From contig JAOUEV010000008.1 of NCBI GenBank assembly GCA_029858565.1, positions 13,969 through 77,968 on the forward strand: a stretch of DNA of 64,000 bases. Direction: 5' to 3'. The position numbers and the translations under genes are program-made. The stretch's first letter is position 1. Every line of letters starts with the position of its first letter. The notes beneath the pieces are model-generated. The model saw nothing but the letters and a program-made list of their open reading frames with translations. It was not told where the DNA came from and did no database searches. Of the stretch, positions 46,525 to 56,138 are shown piece by piece. This stretch comes from Nitrospirota bacterium. GTDB taxonomy: Bacteria > Nitrospirota > UBA9217.

Positions 46525-48645
46525 CTACTTTTCTTTCCCGTGGTTCTGGCCGTGATGGCCCTGTTTATTTACCTGTTCCTGCATGATCTTCTGCGACAGG
46601 TGACTCGGAACATCTTCATATCCCGAGAATTCCATGGTATACATGCCCCGGCCGCTGGTAAGGGAGTTGAGCGTGGGCGCATAGGACAGCATTTCCGCCA
46701 TGGGCACCAGTGCCTTGATGGACTGGCCGTTGGCCTGGGGCGTCACGCCCTGGACCTTGCCGCGCCGCGAGTTCAGGTCGCCGATCACGGCTCCCAGGGT
46801 ATCGTCAGGGGACACAACTTCCACGTTCATGATCGGCTCGAGCAGCACCGGCTTGGCTGCCTCGAGCGCCTTCTTGAATCCCATGCTCGCCGCGATCTTG
46901 AAGGACATTTCCGAGGAATCCACGGTGTGGTAGGAGCCGTCCACGACGATCGCCCGGATATCCACGAGCGGATAGCCGGCCAGAAATCCCTCGTGCATCG
47001 CCTCGACCACGCCCTTTTCCACGGCGGGAATGTACTGCCGCGGGATCACGCCGCCGACGATCCGGTCAACGAACTCGAACCCGGTGCCGCGCGGCAGCGG
47101 TTCGATCTCGAGCCACGCGTCGCCGTACTGGCCGTGGCCTCCGGTCTGTTTCTTGTACTTGCCCTGGGCACGGGCACGGGCACGGATGGTCTCCTTGTAC
47201 GGCACCTTCGGGGTCTTCATCTTCACATCCACGCCGAACTTCCGCTTGAGCTTCTCGATGGTCACTTCGATGTGCACCTGTCCCATGCCCGAGAGCACCA
47301 TTTCATGGGTTTGATCGTCGTGCACGAAGCGCAGTGTCGGGTCTTCGTCAAGGATCTTATGCACCCCGGTGCTCACTTTGTCCTCGTCGCCCCGGGATTT
47401 CGGCTCGATGGCGTAGGACATGACCGGATCGGCGAACTTCGCGAATGGCAGCAGGATGGGGGCGTTCTCGGCGCAGAGCGTGTCGCCGGTAAGGGTGTCC
47501 TTCATCTTTGCAATGGCGCCTATCTGGCCGGGACCGAGCGTCTGCGCGGCCACCTGCTTTTTCCCCTGCAGATAGAACAGGCTCCCAACTTTTTCCTTGA
47601 TCTGGCGCGACGAATTGTAGATCGCCGAATCTGACTTGAGCGTCCCGGAATAGACCCGCACAAGCGACAGTTTCCCGGCGAAAGGATCAATAATGGTCTT
47701 GAAGACCTCGGCCGCCAGCGGTTCGGTTGCCAGCGGTTTCCGGATGATCTCCGCGCCTGTTTTCGGGTCGGTCCCTTTGATCTGGACGATACCTGCACGC
47801 TCCACAGGAGACGGCAGGCACAGGAGCATCGCGTCGAGCAGCTGCTGGATGCCGACACTCTTGACCGGTGATCCGCACAACACCGGAAGGAGCCCGCCCG
47901 CGAGCGTTCCGTGCTTCAATCCCCGGACGATATCCTCGTGAGGCAGGTCGCCCTTTTCGAGATATTTTTCGAGGAGGCTGTCGTCGGTCTCGGCAATGGC
48001 TTCCACCAGCTTCTTCCGGTAGACCGCCGCGTCCTGCTGCAGGTCCGCGGGAATGTCCTTTTCCGTGAATTTGCCGCTGCCGTCGTCGGAGAAGACCACG
48101 GCCTTCATCTTGATGAGGTCCACGAAGCCCGTGAACTTGTCCTCGAGCCCCAGGGGCAGCTGCATGACAATTGCGTTCTTGCAGAAATACTTTTCCATGT
48201 CGCCCACAGCGCGGAAAAAGTCCGCCCGCTCCTTGTCGAGCTTGCTCACAAAGGCGATGCGGGGGATCTCGTAATCGCAGGCGAACTTGTAGATCTTCTC
48301 GGTCTCGGCCTTGACACCCGAGATGGCGGAAATGATGAGTACTGCGCCGTCAACGGCGCGGAGGGTGCCGCGGGTCTCCTCAAGGAAGTTGATGTACCCG
48401 GGCGTATCGATGAGATTGATGCGGACGCCGTTCCAGTCGGCGAACCCGACCGCCGCGGTGATCGTTATCTTTCTGGCGATCTCCTCGGGTTCATGCATGA
48501 ACACCGAAGAGTCCCCGTCCACGCTTCCGGCAACATCCACGGCTCCTGCCGTGAAGAGAATGGCGTCGGCAAGCGAGGTCTTGCCTGCGGACCCGTGGGA
48601 GAGGATGGCAACGTTCCGGACTTCCTTGACATCAGCGTTCGGCAT
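46525..48645 (-). CDS. fusA: Elongation factor G paralogue (EF-G2/FusA2 type)
   Basis: SHGSAGKT, DTPGY, GMGQVHIE, KKQTGGHGQYG; divergent effector loop (ARKITI); not in an str operon. Confidence 0.85.
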   Translation of the reverse strand: MPNADVKEVRNVAILSHGSAGKTSLADAILFTAGAVDVAGSVDGDSSVFMHEPEEIARKITITAAVGFADWNGVRINLIDTPGYINFLEETRGTLRAVDGAVLIISAISGVKAETEKIYKFACDYEIPRIAFVSKLDKERADFFRAVGDMEKYFCKNAIVMQLPLGLEDKFTGFVDLIKMKAVVFSDDGSGKFTEKDIPADLQQDAAVYRKKLVEAIAETDDSLLEKYLEKGDLPHEDIVRGLKHGTLAGGLLPVLCGSPVKSVGIQQLLDAMLLCLPSPVERAGIVQIKGTDPKTGAEIIRKPLATEPLAAEVFKTIIDPFAGKLSLVRVYSGTLKSDSAIYNSSRQIKEKVGSLFYLQGKKQVAAQTLGPGQIGAIAKMKDTLTGDTLCAENAPILLPFAKFADPVMSYAIEPKSRGDEDKVSTGVHKILDEDPTLRFVHDDQTHEMVLSGMGQVHIEVTIEKLKRKFGVDVKMKTPKVPYKETIRARARAQGKYKKQTGGHGQYGDAWLEIEPLPRGTGFEFVDRIVGGVIPRQYIPAVEKGVVEAMHEGFLAGYPLVDIRAIVVDGSYHTVDSSEMSFKIAASMGFKKALEAAKPVLLEPIMNVEVVSPDDTLGAVIGDLNSRRGKVQGVTPQANGQSIKALVPMAEMLSYAPTLNSLTSGRGMYTMEFSGYEDVPSHLSQKIMQEQVNKQGHHGQNHGKEK

Positions 48646-48715
48646 AGACACTCCTTTGTACGGGAATTTTGTTCAGCGGAGACGCAATGTCCGTTGGATC
48701 GCGGCGGGTGCGGCG

Positions 48716-48982
48716 CTACCAGATGTCAGATTTGATCTTTCCTCCCTGTTTCAGCAGGACATCGATGACGGCCTCACTGAAGAGATTGGTACTGTCGCGC
48801 AGGTTCTGCTCGACCATGCTTTCGTAGTATTTCTTCCCTTCGGCAAGCTCCTCGGACAGGACATCGAAAAGGCTGTCCTTCTCGATACCTTCCTTTACCT
48901 TTGCCTGATTGTAGAGCACTATGTCGGACAGGATGGTCCGCGCGAGACGCCTTGCCTGGTCTTCGTTCGTGATCAATTTCAT
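48716..48982 (-). CDS. Conserved small hypothetical protein
   Basis: MKLITNEDQARRLARTILSDIVLYN...; GGAGG RBS. Confidence 0.75.
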   Translation of the reverse strand: MKLITNEDQARRLARTILSDIVLYNQAKVKEGIEKDSLFDVLSEELAEGKKYYESMVEQNLRDSTNLFSEAVIDVLLKQGGKIKSDIW

Positions 48983-49010
48983 GCTGGGCCGTCCTCCGCC
49001 AGTGAGCGGG

Positions 49011-49445
49011 TCATTCGCCGAGGATCTCGACGATGACCGGCTTGTACTCCTGCGTACGCTCGACCTTCTTATTATAACCGCGAATGAAAAAAAAGGAAAC
49101 CAGCAATCCCAGGGAACCGGCAATGAACGCCCAAAGGTCGGAATCCGCCGCAGCTCCGGCGCTGACCGCAAGGTTCTTGGCAATGATCGCCGCGGTAATG
49201 AACACCGCCATGGGGATCCCGTACAGGATGATGGAAGCCTTCAGGTACATCTGCGGCGCGAGCACGACCTTCACCTTCTGCCCCTTTTTCGCGCCCAGGG
49301 GATTGGACGCTTCCATGAAGGAATCCTCGCCCTCAGGATGGCAAACACCGGCTGAAGCGCATTTTTCGCAGGCGCTCTTTGCCAGCACTGCGACCTTGGC
49401 AAGGCCGCCCTGCGTCTCCATCACAATGCCTTCTTCTTCGATCAT
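49011..49445 (-). CDS. RseC/MucC family protein
   Basis: MIEEEGIV, SACEKC...C, AKKGQKV, two TM segments. Confidence 0.82.
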   Translation of the reverse strand: MIEEEGIVMETQGGLAKVAVLAKSACEKCASAGVCHPEGEDSFMEASNPLGAKKGQKVKVVLAPQMYLKASIILYGIPMAVFITAAIIAKNLAVSAGAAADSDLWAFIAGSLGLLVSFFFIRGYNKKVERTQEYKPVIVEILGE

Positions 49446-49512
49446 GGGAACCTCAACGTCGTGAGGAGTGAGGGGTGAACAGTCAGGGGTGTCAGGTCTG
49501 ACCCCTGACCCC

Positions 49513-51117
49513 TTACCCTTTACGGATTTTCTTCTTCGCCGTTCTCAGCAGTTTATACTCAATACTGTCCACCAACGCCTGCCAGGACGCCTCGATCACG
49601 TTCTCCGAAACACCGACAGTGCCCCATTTGGCAGATCCGTCACCGGACTCGATCAGCACACGCACCCGCGCTGCCGTTCCCTCGGCGGCGGTCAGCACCC
49701 GCACCTTGTAATCCAGCAAGCGCATGGATTCGAGGCCTCTTCCGGGAAAGTACTTGGGCAGGACCTTGCGAAGCGCCTTGTCAAGGGCGTTCACCGGACC
49801 GTTGCCCCAGGCGGCTGTGTGTTCCACTGTCCCCTTATACTCAACGGTCACCGTGGCTTCGCTCACCGGATGCGGGTCCACCTTGCGCTTCTCGGTCAGC
49901 ACGCGATAATCAATGCGGTCGAACATATTAAAGACCGATTCGTAGCTGTGGCGCGCCCGAAGCATCAGGAGCTCCAGCGAGCCCTCGGCGCCCTCAAATT
50001 CGAAGCCTTCATTTTCCAGCTGCTTGACGCGTTTCAGGATCTCCTGAAGCTCCGGACTGTCCTTGGTCAGGCCGATCCCGAGTTCCGAGGCTTTCTGGAC
50101 GATATTGCTTTTCCCTGCCAGATCGGACACAAGGATCCTGCGCCTGTTCCCCACCTGCTCCGGCGTGATATGTTCGTAGGTAAGCGGATTCTTGACTACC
50201 GCGTCCACATGCACGCCGCCCTTGTGCGCGAAAGCGCTGTCGCCCACATAGGCCTGCCATTTCCGGTGCGGCAAGTTGGCAAGTTCGTCAACATAGCGAG
50301 AGACCTCGCGGAGCTTCCTGAGTCCCGCTTCGGAAACGCAATCGATCCCCATCTTGAGTTTGAGCGACGGGATGATGGCGCAGAGGTTGGCGTTGCCGCA
50401 CCTTTCGCCATATCCGTTGATCGTACCGTGGACCTGCGTTGCGCCGAGCCGGATCGCGGTCAGCGAATTGGCAACGGCCATTTCCGCATCGTTGTGGCTA
50501 TGGATGCCGAAGGGGATCTCGATGCGGCGCTTCACCTGGGAAATGATCATTTCCAGGTCCTGCGTCAGGGTACCGCCGTTGGTATCGCACAGGACAAGGC
50601 AATCGGCTCCGCCGTCCTGGGCAGCGAGCAGTGTCTTGACCGCGTACTCGGGATTGGCCTTGTACCCGTCGAAAAAATGTTCAGCGTCGTACATGACCTC
50701 GTCCATGTGCCGTTTCAGAAACGCTACGGAATCGCGGATCAGATCAAGGTTCTCGTCAAGCGATATCCTGAGCGCCTTCTGTACATGGAAGTCCCAGGTC
50801 TTGCCAAAGATGGTGGAGACCGAGACTCCGGACGCGACCAGGGACCTGAGGTTCGGGTCCTCGGAAGCCTTCAGTTTGGCGCGCCGCGTGGCGCCAAAGG
50901 CCACGAGCTTCGCCTTCTTGAGCTTGACCCGCCGCATTTCCCGGAAGAACTCCACATCCCGGGGATTGGAGCCCGGCCACCCGCCTTCGATGTAGTGCAC
51001 CCCGAACTCATCGAGCTTCCGGCAGACCCGGACCTTGTCCTCGACCGAGAAGTTCAGGTCCTCGGCCTGGGAACCATCCCGGAGGGTGGTGTCGTATATC
51101 TGTACTCGTGGTTTCAT
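49513..51117 (-). CDS. cimA: Citramalate synthase
   Basis: YDTTLRDGSQ, IEGGWPGSNP, DAEHFFDG, HSHND, W.TVGVSENVIEASW. Confidence 0.92.
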   Translation of the reverse strand: MKPRVQIYDTTLRDGSQAEDLNFSVEDKVRVCRKLDEFGVHYIEGGWPGSNPRDVEFFREMRRVKLKKAKLVAFGATRRAKLKASEDPNLRSLVASGVSVSTIFGKTWDFHVQKALRISLDENLDLIRDSVAFLKRHMDEVMYDAEHFFDGYKANPEYAVKTLLAAQDGGADCLVLCDTNGGTLTQDLEMIISQVKRRIEIPFGIHSHNDAEMAVANSLTAIRLGATQVHGTINGYGERCGNANLCAIIPSLKLKMGIDCVSEAGLRKLREVSRYVDELANLPHRKWQAYVGDSAFAHKGGVHVDAVVKNPLTYEHITPEQVGNRRRILVSDLAGKSNIVQKASELGIGLTKDSPELQEILKRVKQLENEGFEFEGAEGSLELLMLRARHSYESVFNMFDRIDYRVLTEKRKVDPHPVSEATVTVEYKGTVEHTAAWGNGPVNALDKALRKVLPKYFPGRGLESMRLLDYKVRVLTAAEGTAARVRVLIESGDGSAKWGTVGVSENVIEASWQALVDSIEYKLLRTAKKKIRKG

Positions 51118-51156
51118 GAAGTCAGTCACTATTCCTGAATTATTTTGCGTTAACCT

Positions 51157-51245
51157 ATTGCGGATTTCGGATTGCGGATTAAAGCCATCACGGCATATCG
51201 GATGCAGCATTTCAATCCGCAATCCGCAATCTACAATCCGCAATC
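51157..51245. repeat. Inverted pair of GCGGATT/AATCCGC heptamer arrays
   Basis: TGCGGATTTCGGATTGCGGATT ... AATCCGCAATCCGCAATCTACAATCCGCAA. Confidence 0.75.
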
Positions 51246-51246
51246 G

Positions 51247-52464
51247 TTATGCCGCTTTCTCCAGCCCGAAGGTCTCATGCAGCACCCGGACCGCGAGCTC
51301 GGTGTACTTGGCGTCGATAACGATGGAGATCTTTATCTCCGAAGTGCTGATCATCATGATATTGATGCCTTCCTTGGCCATGGACGAGAACATCTTGGCT
51401 GCAACGCCGGAGTGAGAGCGCATGCCCACGCCGACGATCGATATCTTGGAGATGTCTTCCTTGATATTGACGTTCTTCGCGCCGATCTCGGCAACGACCT
51501 TCTTCATGATCTCCATGGTCTTCTTCGCGTCGGTCTTGGGGACCGTGAACGACATGTCCGTGAGCCCGCCCTCGCCGATGTTCTGGATGATCATGTCCAC
51601 CACCACGTTGTTGTCCGAGATGGTATTGAAGATCTTCGCCGCCACGCCCGGCTTGTCCGGCACGCCCTGCACCGTTACTTTCACCTGGTTCTTGTCGTAT
51701 GCCACGCCGGACACCACTACCTTCTCCATATCCGCATCCTCCTTGGTCACCAGGGTGCCCGGATTGTCATTGAAGCTCGAGAGCACCCGCACGGGAACAT
51801 TGTATTTTTTCGCGAACTCGACCGACCGGGTCTGGAGCACCTTGGCGCCCAGGCTCGCCAGTTCGAGCATTTCGTCATAGGATATCTTGTCCAGCTTCCG
51901 CGCCTGCGGCACCATGTTCGGGTCCGTGGTGTACACGCCGTCCACGTCCGTGTAGATGTCGCAGAAGTCCGCCTTGAGCGCCGCTGCCACGGCCACGGCC
52001 GTGAGATCGGAACCGCCCCGCCCCAGGGTCGAGACATCGTCCTGCTCCGTGATGCCCTGGAACCCTGCCACCACCGCGATCTTGCCTTCCTTGATCGCGT
52101 GCTTGACCCGTTCCCCGGATATCTTCTCGATACGGGCCTTGGTATGCACGCTGTCGGAAACGATGCCCGCCTGCCGTCCGGTAAACGACTGTGCCTTGTG
52201 GCCAAGGGCCTGGATCGCCATGGCCAGGAGCGCGATGGTCACCCGCTCGCCCGTGGAGACCAGCATGTCCATCTCCCGGGGATCGGGATTCTCATTCACC
52301 GCATTGGCCAGATTGATCAGCTTGTCCGTCTCGCCGCTCATGGCCGAGACGACCACTACCACGTCATGGCCCTGTTCCCTGGTCCGGACGGCGCGCCTGG
52401 CCACATTCTTGATGCGGTCGGGATTCCCGACCGACGTGCCGCCGTATTTCTGCACAATAAGCAC
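51247..52464 (-). CDS. lysC: Aspartate kinase
   Basis: [16 protein letters not shown], two ACT domains. Confidence 0.95.
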   Translation of the reverse strand: MLIVQKYGGTSVGNPDRIKNVARRAVRTREQGHDVVVVVSAMSGETDKLINLANAVNENPDPREMDMLVSTGERVTIALLAMAIQALGHKAQSFTGRQAGIVSDSVHTKARIEKISGERVKHAIKEGKIAVVAGFQGITEQDDVSTLGRGGSDLTAVAVAAALKADFCDIYTDVDGVYTTDPNMVPQARKLDKISYDEMLELASLGAKVLQTRSVEFAKKYNVPVRVLSSFNDNPGTLVTKEDADMEKVVVSGVAYDKNQVKVTVQGVPDKPGVAAKIFNTISDNNVVVDMIIQNIGEGGLTDMSFTVPKTDAKKTMEIMKKVVAEIGAKNVNIKEDISKISIVGVGMRSHSGVAAKMFSSMAKEGINIMMISTSEIKISIVIDAKYTELAVRVLHETFGLEKAA

Positions 52465-52476
52465 CTGAAACCTCCG

Positions 52477-53709
52477 TTATTTTCTCAAAAAATGGTCCAT
52501 CAGCTTATAGCCTTCTTCGAACATCACCGCGTCGTCACGGTGACCGATGGTCTCGTCATAGGATACCGGTGCGCCCGAACGTTCCTTCTTGTTGTCATAA
52601 AGCACAAAGGGGACCGGTTCCGAAGAATGGGTCCGGATCTCAAGCGGGGTGGGATGGTCAGGCAGCGCCAGGATGCGGTACTCATCGAACTGCTTCATGC
52701 CCTCGATGATGTTTCCCACGATGAACTCGTCAAAGTCCTCGATGGCCTTGATCTTGTTCTTCACATCGCCGGTATGCCCTGCTTCATCAGGCGCTTCCAC
52801 ATGGAGATAGACGATGTCCTTGGATTTGAGCGCGAACAAGGCATGCTCAGCCTTGCCCACGTAGTTCGTGTCGATCCACCCTGTGGCGCCGGGCACGTTG
52901 ACGACATCGAATCCCGCGTAAACACCAAGGCCCTTTGTAAGGTCCACTGCCGAAATGACCGATCCCTCAAGGCCGTACTTCTCCCGGAAGGTCGGCATGC
53001 TCGGCCGTTTGCCCTGCCCCCAGAGCCAGATGCTGTTCGCAGGACGCTTCCCCGCTTCGACCCGGCCCTTGTTCAGCGGATGGCCGGTGAGGATATCATA
53101 GGATTCCTCCATGAGCCCGTTGATGACCGTGTCACCCTCTCCCCGGGGAAGGTAATCCTCGATGTCCTTGTCCTGGATATCATGGGGAGGGGTGCATTCG
53201 ATCTTGTCCTTGCCGCCCTTCCACACCATGAGATGACGATAGCTCACTCCCGGGTAGAACCGGATGTGCTCCGTGCTGAGCTTGCTGTCGATCTCCTCGA
53301 TCAGCGAACGCGCCTCCTGGGTGGAGATGTGGCCGGCGCTGAAATCCTCCATCACCGCCCGGCGTCTGCGGCCGCCGGAAGCGGAAGCACCTGCGCCGGT
53401 GAGCTTCAGGGTGACCAGATTGCAGCGGTAAGCGATATCATCAGGACCGAGCGCGACCCCCATGCTAGCCGCTTCCAGCGGGGAACGGCCCGTATAGTAC
53501 TTGCGCGGATCATAGCCCATGACCGAAAGGTTCGCCACGTCGCTTCCCGGGGCGAAGCCCTGAGGAACGGTCCGCACCATGCCGACCTGTCCGAGCGTCG
53601 CCAGACTGTCGAGATTCGGCGTTTTCGCGGCCTGCAGGCAGGTCTTGTCCCCCAGGTCCTGTCGCCGCCGGTCTGCCATCCCATCGCCAAGCAAAATAAT
53701 ATATTTCAT
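52477..53709 (-). CDS. apgM: Cofactor-independent phosphoglycerate mutase-like protein (ApgM; possible homoserine kinase substitute)
   Basis: GDGMAD, PGSDVAN, HVEAPDEAGH, DHPTP. Confidence 0.88.
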   Translation of the reverse strand: MKYIILLGDGMADRRRQDLGDKTCLQAAKTPNLDSLATLGQVGMVRTVPQGFAPGSDVANLSVMGYDPRKYYTGRSPLEAASMGVALGPDDIAYRCNLVTLKLTGAGASASGGRRRRAVMEDFSAGHISTQEARSLIEEIDSKLSTEHIRFYPGVSYRHLMVWKGGKDKIECTPPHDIQDKDIEDYLPRGEGDTVINGLMEESYDILTGHPLNKGRVEAGKRPANSIWLWGQGKRPSMPTFREKYGLEGSVISAVDLTKGLGVYAGFDVVNVPGATGWIDTNYVGKAEHALFALKSKDIVYLHVEAPDEAGHTGDVKNKIKAIEDFDEFIVGNIIEGMKQFDEYRILALPDHPTPLEIRTHSSEPVPFVLYDNKKERSGAPVSYDETIGHRDDAVMFEEGYKLMDHFLRK

Positions 53710-53766
53710 GATCTCTCTGGTTAACGAATTCGTCTTTTAACGGCCTCGGCCTTACGCAATGTACGC

Positions 53767-54000
53767 CTATGCATCCCCTTCTGCCGGTTCGATGATCACT
53801 CCCCGACCCCGGAGATAGGCGATACCCGCGTCAAGGTCCTTGTCCGTGCCTTCCAGTTCCAGGACCACTTCTCCGACGCTTTCGGTGACGCGCGCGCGCC
53901 GGATGTTCGGCATCACGTCGAACTTCTTCGCCATGGTAAAGATCACCGGTTCCTTGATCAGGTCCTGCGGAAATGTCAGTTTGACCCTCTTGATGGCCAT
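53767..54000 (-). CDS. NIL domain protein
   Basis: VKLTFP..LIKEPVI, NIRRA, LELEG. Confidence 0.8.
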   Translation of the reverse strand: MAIKRVKLTFPQDLIKEPVIFTMAKKFDVMPNIRRARVTESVGEVVLELEGTDKDLDAGIAYLRGRGVIIEPAEGDA

Positions 54001-54100
54001 GAAGCCTCCGTGGAACAGCCGAAGTTACGAACGTGAGAAGTCGGGATTTCAGTATATTTCTCTCAACTTCTTACCTTCTCAACCTCTCATCTTCGCTACG

Positions 54101-54376
54101 TTACCTGCCTCCCGCGATCGCCGGAACAATGGATATGCTGTCCCCGTCCTTCAGGGCGGTGTCTTCCTTGTTCATGAACCGGATGTCCTCGTCGTTCACA
54201 TAGATATTGATGAACCGGCGCACCTTGCCGCCTTCGGACAAGCGGTCCTTCATGCCCGGATAGTCCTTTTCAAGGACATCCACCATTTCGGCCACGTTCT
54301 TTGCCGAGCACTCCACCTCGGGCTTCCCGTTCGTCAGCTTCTGCAGCGGTGTTGGAATCCTGACCTTGATCGGCAT
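54101..54376 (-). CDS. Ubiquitin-like sulfur carrier (MoaD/ThiS/CysO family)
   Basis: VRIPTPL, FINIYVNDEDIR, C-terminal AIAGG followed by one extra residue R. Confidence 0.88.
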   Translation of the reverse strand: MPIKVRIPTPLQKLTNGKPEVECSAKNVAEMVDVLEKDYPGMKDRLSEGGKVRRFINIYVNDEDIRFMNKEDTALKDGDSISIVPAIAGGR

Positions 54377-54424
54377 TGTTTGTTCCTCCCTGATACAAAT
54401 ATGACGCACGCTGCTGCCGTGCGA

Positions 54425-54874
54425 TCACTCCACATTCACCGGGACATCGCTCACCGCTCCATCCCTGATCAAGTAGCCCTTGATGACCGGCTGTCCTTGA
54501 TCCCGCAAGGACAGGATCACGTAGACCGCCTCAGGATAGTTCGGGAACAGGGTCCCGGGCCAATACGCCTGCTCCACGTCAACGCTCGAGGGATAGGCCG
54601 GACTGCTAATATGGGAATGAAATATCCCCACGAGAACCAGGCCCGCCTGGCGGATATCCTTCATGACCCTGAACTGCTCCGCTGCATCCATTTCATAGGA
54701 CACAGGGCTGGGCCTGACATTCCGCATCGGGTAGACCTTCCCGACCCTGCCGTTCGTCCCGCCCAGGATACCGCAGGCCTCATTGGGATACGCGGCGCTG
54801 CAGTGGTCGAGGATTGTTGTCAGATCATGCCGAGCGATGGTCAGGGCGACGGCTCTTTCCTCGTCTCTTGTCAC
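54425..54874 (-). CDS. JAMM/M67 metallopeptidase (Mec-like)
   Basis: PNEACG, FHSH..SPAYPS..D; start uncertain. Confidence 0.85.
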   Translation of the reverse strand: MTRDEERAVALTIARHDLTTILDHCSAAYPNEACGILGGTNGRVGKVYPMRNVRPSPVSYEMDAAEQFRVMKDIRQAGLVLVGIFHSHISSPAYPSSVDVEQAYWPGTLFPNYPEAVYVILSLRDQGQPVIKGYLIRDGAVSDVPVNVE

Positions 54875-54892
54875 TTGTCGCTCGTCACTGCA

Positions 54893-55696
54893 TTAATGAG
54901 ACATCGAACAGAACTGCTCGTAGTCGATCAGTTCCGTGATCGTCGGCTTCTCGCCGCAGACCGGGCATTCCTTGTTACGAGGCACCTTCACAGTGCGGAA
55001 GCTCATATCCAGGGCGTTCCAGAGCAGGAGCTTGCCCCTGAGCGGTTCGCCGATGCCCAGGATAGCCTTTACCACTTCCGTGGCCTGGAGCGTGCCGATC
55101 ACGCCGGTCACGACCCCCAGGATGCCCGCTTCCTGGCACGACGGCACCATGCCCGCAGGAGGAGGGACCTCGAACAGACAACGGTAGCAGGGACCCTGGC
55201 CCGGATAGATGGACATGACCTGGCCTTCAAAGCGGAACACCGCGGCGCTGATCAGGGTCTTCTTGAGCATCACGCAGGCATCGTTCACGAGGTACCGGGT
55301 CGGGAAATTGTCGCTCCCGTCCACGACAATATCGTAGTCCTTGATGATGCCCTTTATGTTTGCCGACGAGAGCCGCTCTTTGTGCATAACCACATTCACG
55401 TCGTGGTTCAATGTCTCGAAGGTCTCTTTTGCCGATTCCGCCTTCAGTACGCCGAGCCGCTTCGTATTATGCGCGATCTGGCGCTGGAGATTCGATATCT
55501 CGACGCGGTCATTGTCGATCACGCCAATGGTCCCCACGCCCGCGGCGGCAAGATAATAGCCCACCGGCGAACCGAGCCCGCCGGCGCCCACGAGCACGAC
55601 CTTGGCGTTCAGGAGTTTTTCCTGGCCCTCGCCGCCCACTTCCGGGAGGAGGATATGCCTGCTGTAGCGCAGTATCTGGTCTTCAGTGAATTCCAT
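54893..55696 (-). CDS. moeB: MoeB/ThiF family adenylyltransferase
   Basis: RYSRH, GAGGLG, SNLQRQ, PCYRC, CPVCG. Confidence 0.88.
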   Translation of the reverse strand: MEFTEDQILRYSRHILLPEVGGEGQEKLLNAKVVLVGAGGLGSPVGYYLAAAGVGTIGVIDNDRVEISNLQRQIAHNTKRLGVLKAESAKETFETLNHDVNVVMHKERLSSANIKGIIKDYDIVVDGSDNFPTRYLVNDACVMLKKTLISAAVFRFEGQVMSIYPGQGPCYRCLFEVPPPAGMVPSCQEAGILGVVTGVIGTLQATEVVKAILGIGEPLRGKLLLWNALDMSFRTVKVPRNKECPVCGEKPTITELIDYEQFCSMSH

Positions 55697-55702
55697 GACT
55701 CT

Positions 55703-55781
55703 ATTTCGGATTGCGGATTTCGGATTACGGATTACGAAATGCTTGATTCAAATCCGCATTCCGCAATCCGCATTCCGCAAT
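55703..55781. repeat. Inverted pair of heptamer arrays
   Basis: TTTCGGATTGCGGATTTCGGATTACGGA ... AATCCGCATTCCGCAATCCGCATTCCGCAAT. Confidence 0.75.
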
Positions 55782-56038
55782 CATTTCTTTTTCTCCTTGT
55801 CCTTCCGGACGTAAATATGCCACTCTTTCTCAGCTGTCTGATCGATCTTCAGGACCTTCTGGCCTTCGTTCTCCATGCTTTTGGGAACGTTCTCCGAAGC
55901 CGGCTTGTGGTCCGTCACGATCTCAAGCACCTCGCCGAGGCTCATCTTCTCGATGGCCAGCTTGGAGCGGACAAAGGTGTAGGGGCAGACCTGGCCTTTG
56001 ATATCAATGGTCTTGTCAACTTTGATCTCGTCAGCCAT
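55781..56038 (-). CDS. TusA/SirA family sulfurtransferase
   Basis: IDIKGQVCPY, GEVLEIVTD. Confidence 0.85.
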   Translation of the reverse strand: MADEIKVDKTIDIKGQVCPYTFVRSKLAIEKMSLGEVLEIVTDHKPASENVPKSMENEGQKVLKIDQTAEKEWHIYVRKDKEKKK

Positions 56039-56055
56039 GAGAACCTCCCCTTCAA

Positions 56056-56138
56056 GTGCGGAGTGCGGATTTCGGAGTGCGGAATTTTGAATCCGGTGTG
56101 TTTACACTTCGCACTTCGCACTCGCCACTTCGCACTTC
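56056..56138. repeat. Inverted pair of GTGCGGA/TTCGCAC heptamer arrays
   Basis: GTGCGGAGTGCGGATTTCGGAGTGCGGA ... CACTTCGCACTTCGCACTCGCCACTTCGCAC. Confidence 0.7.
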
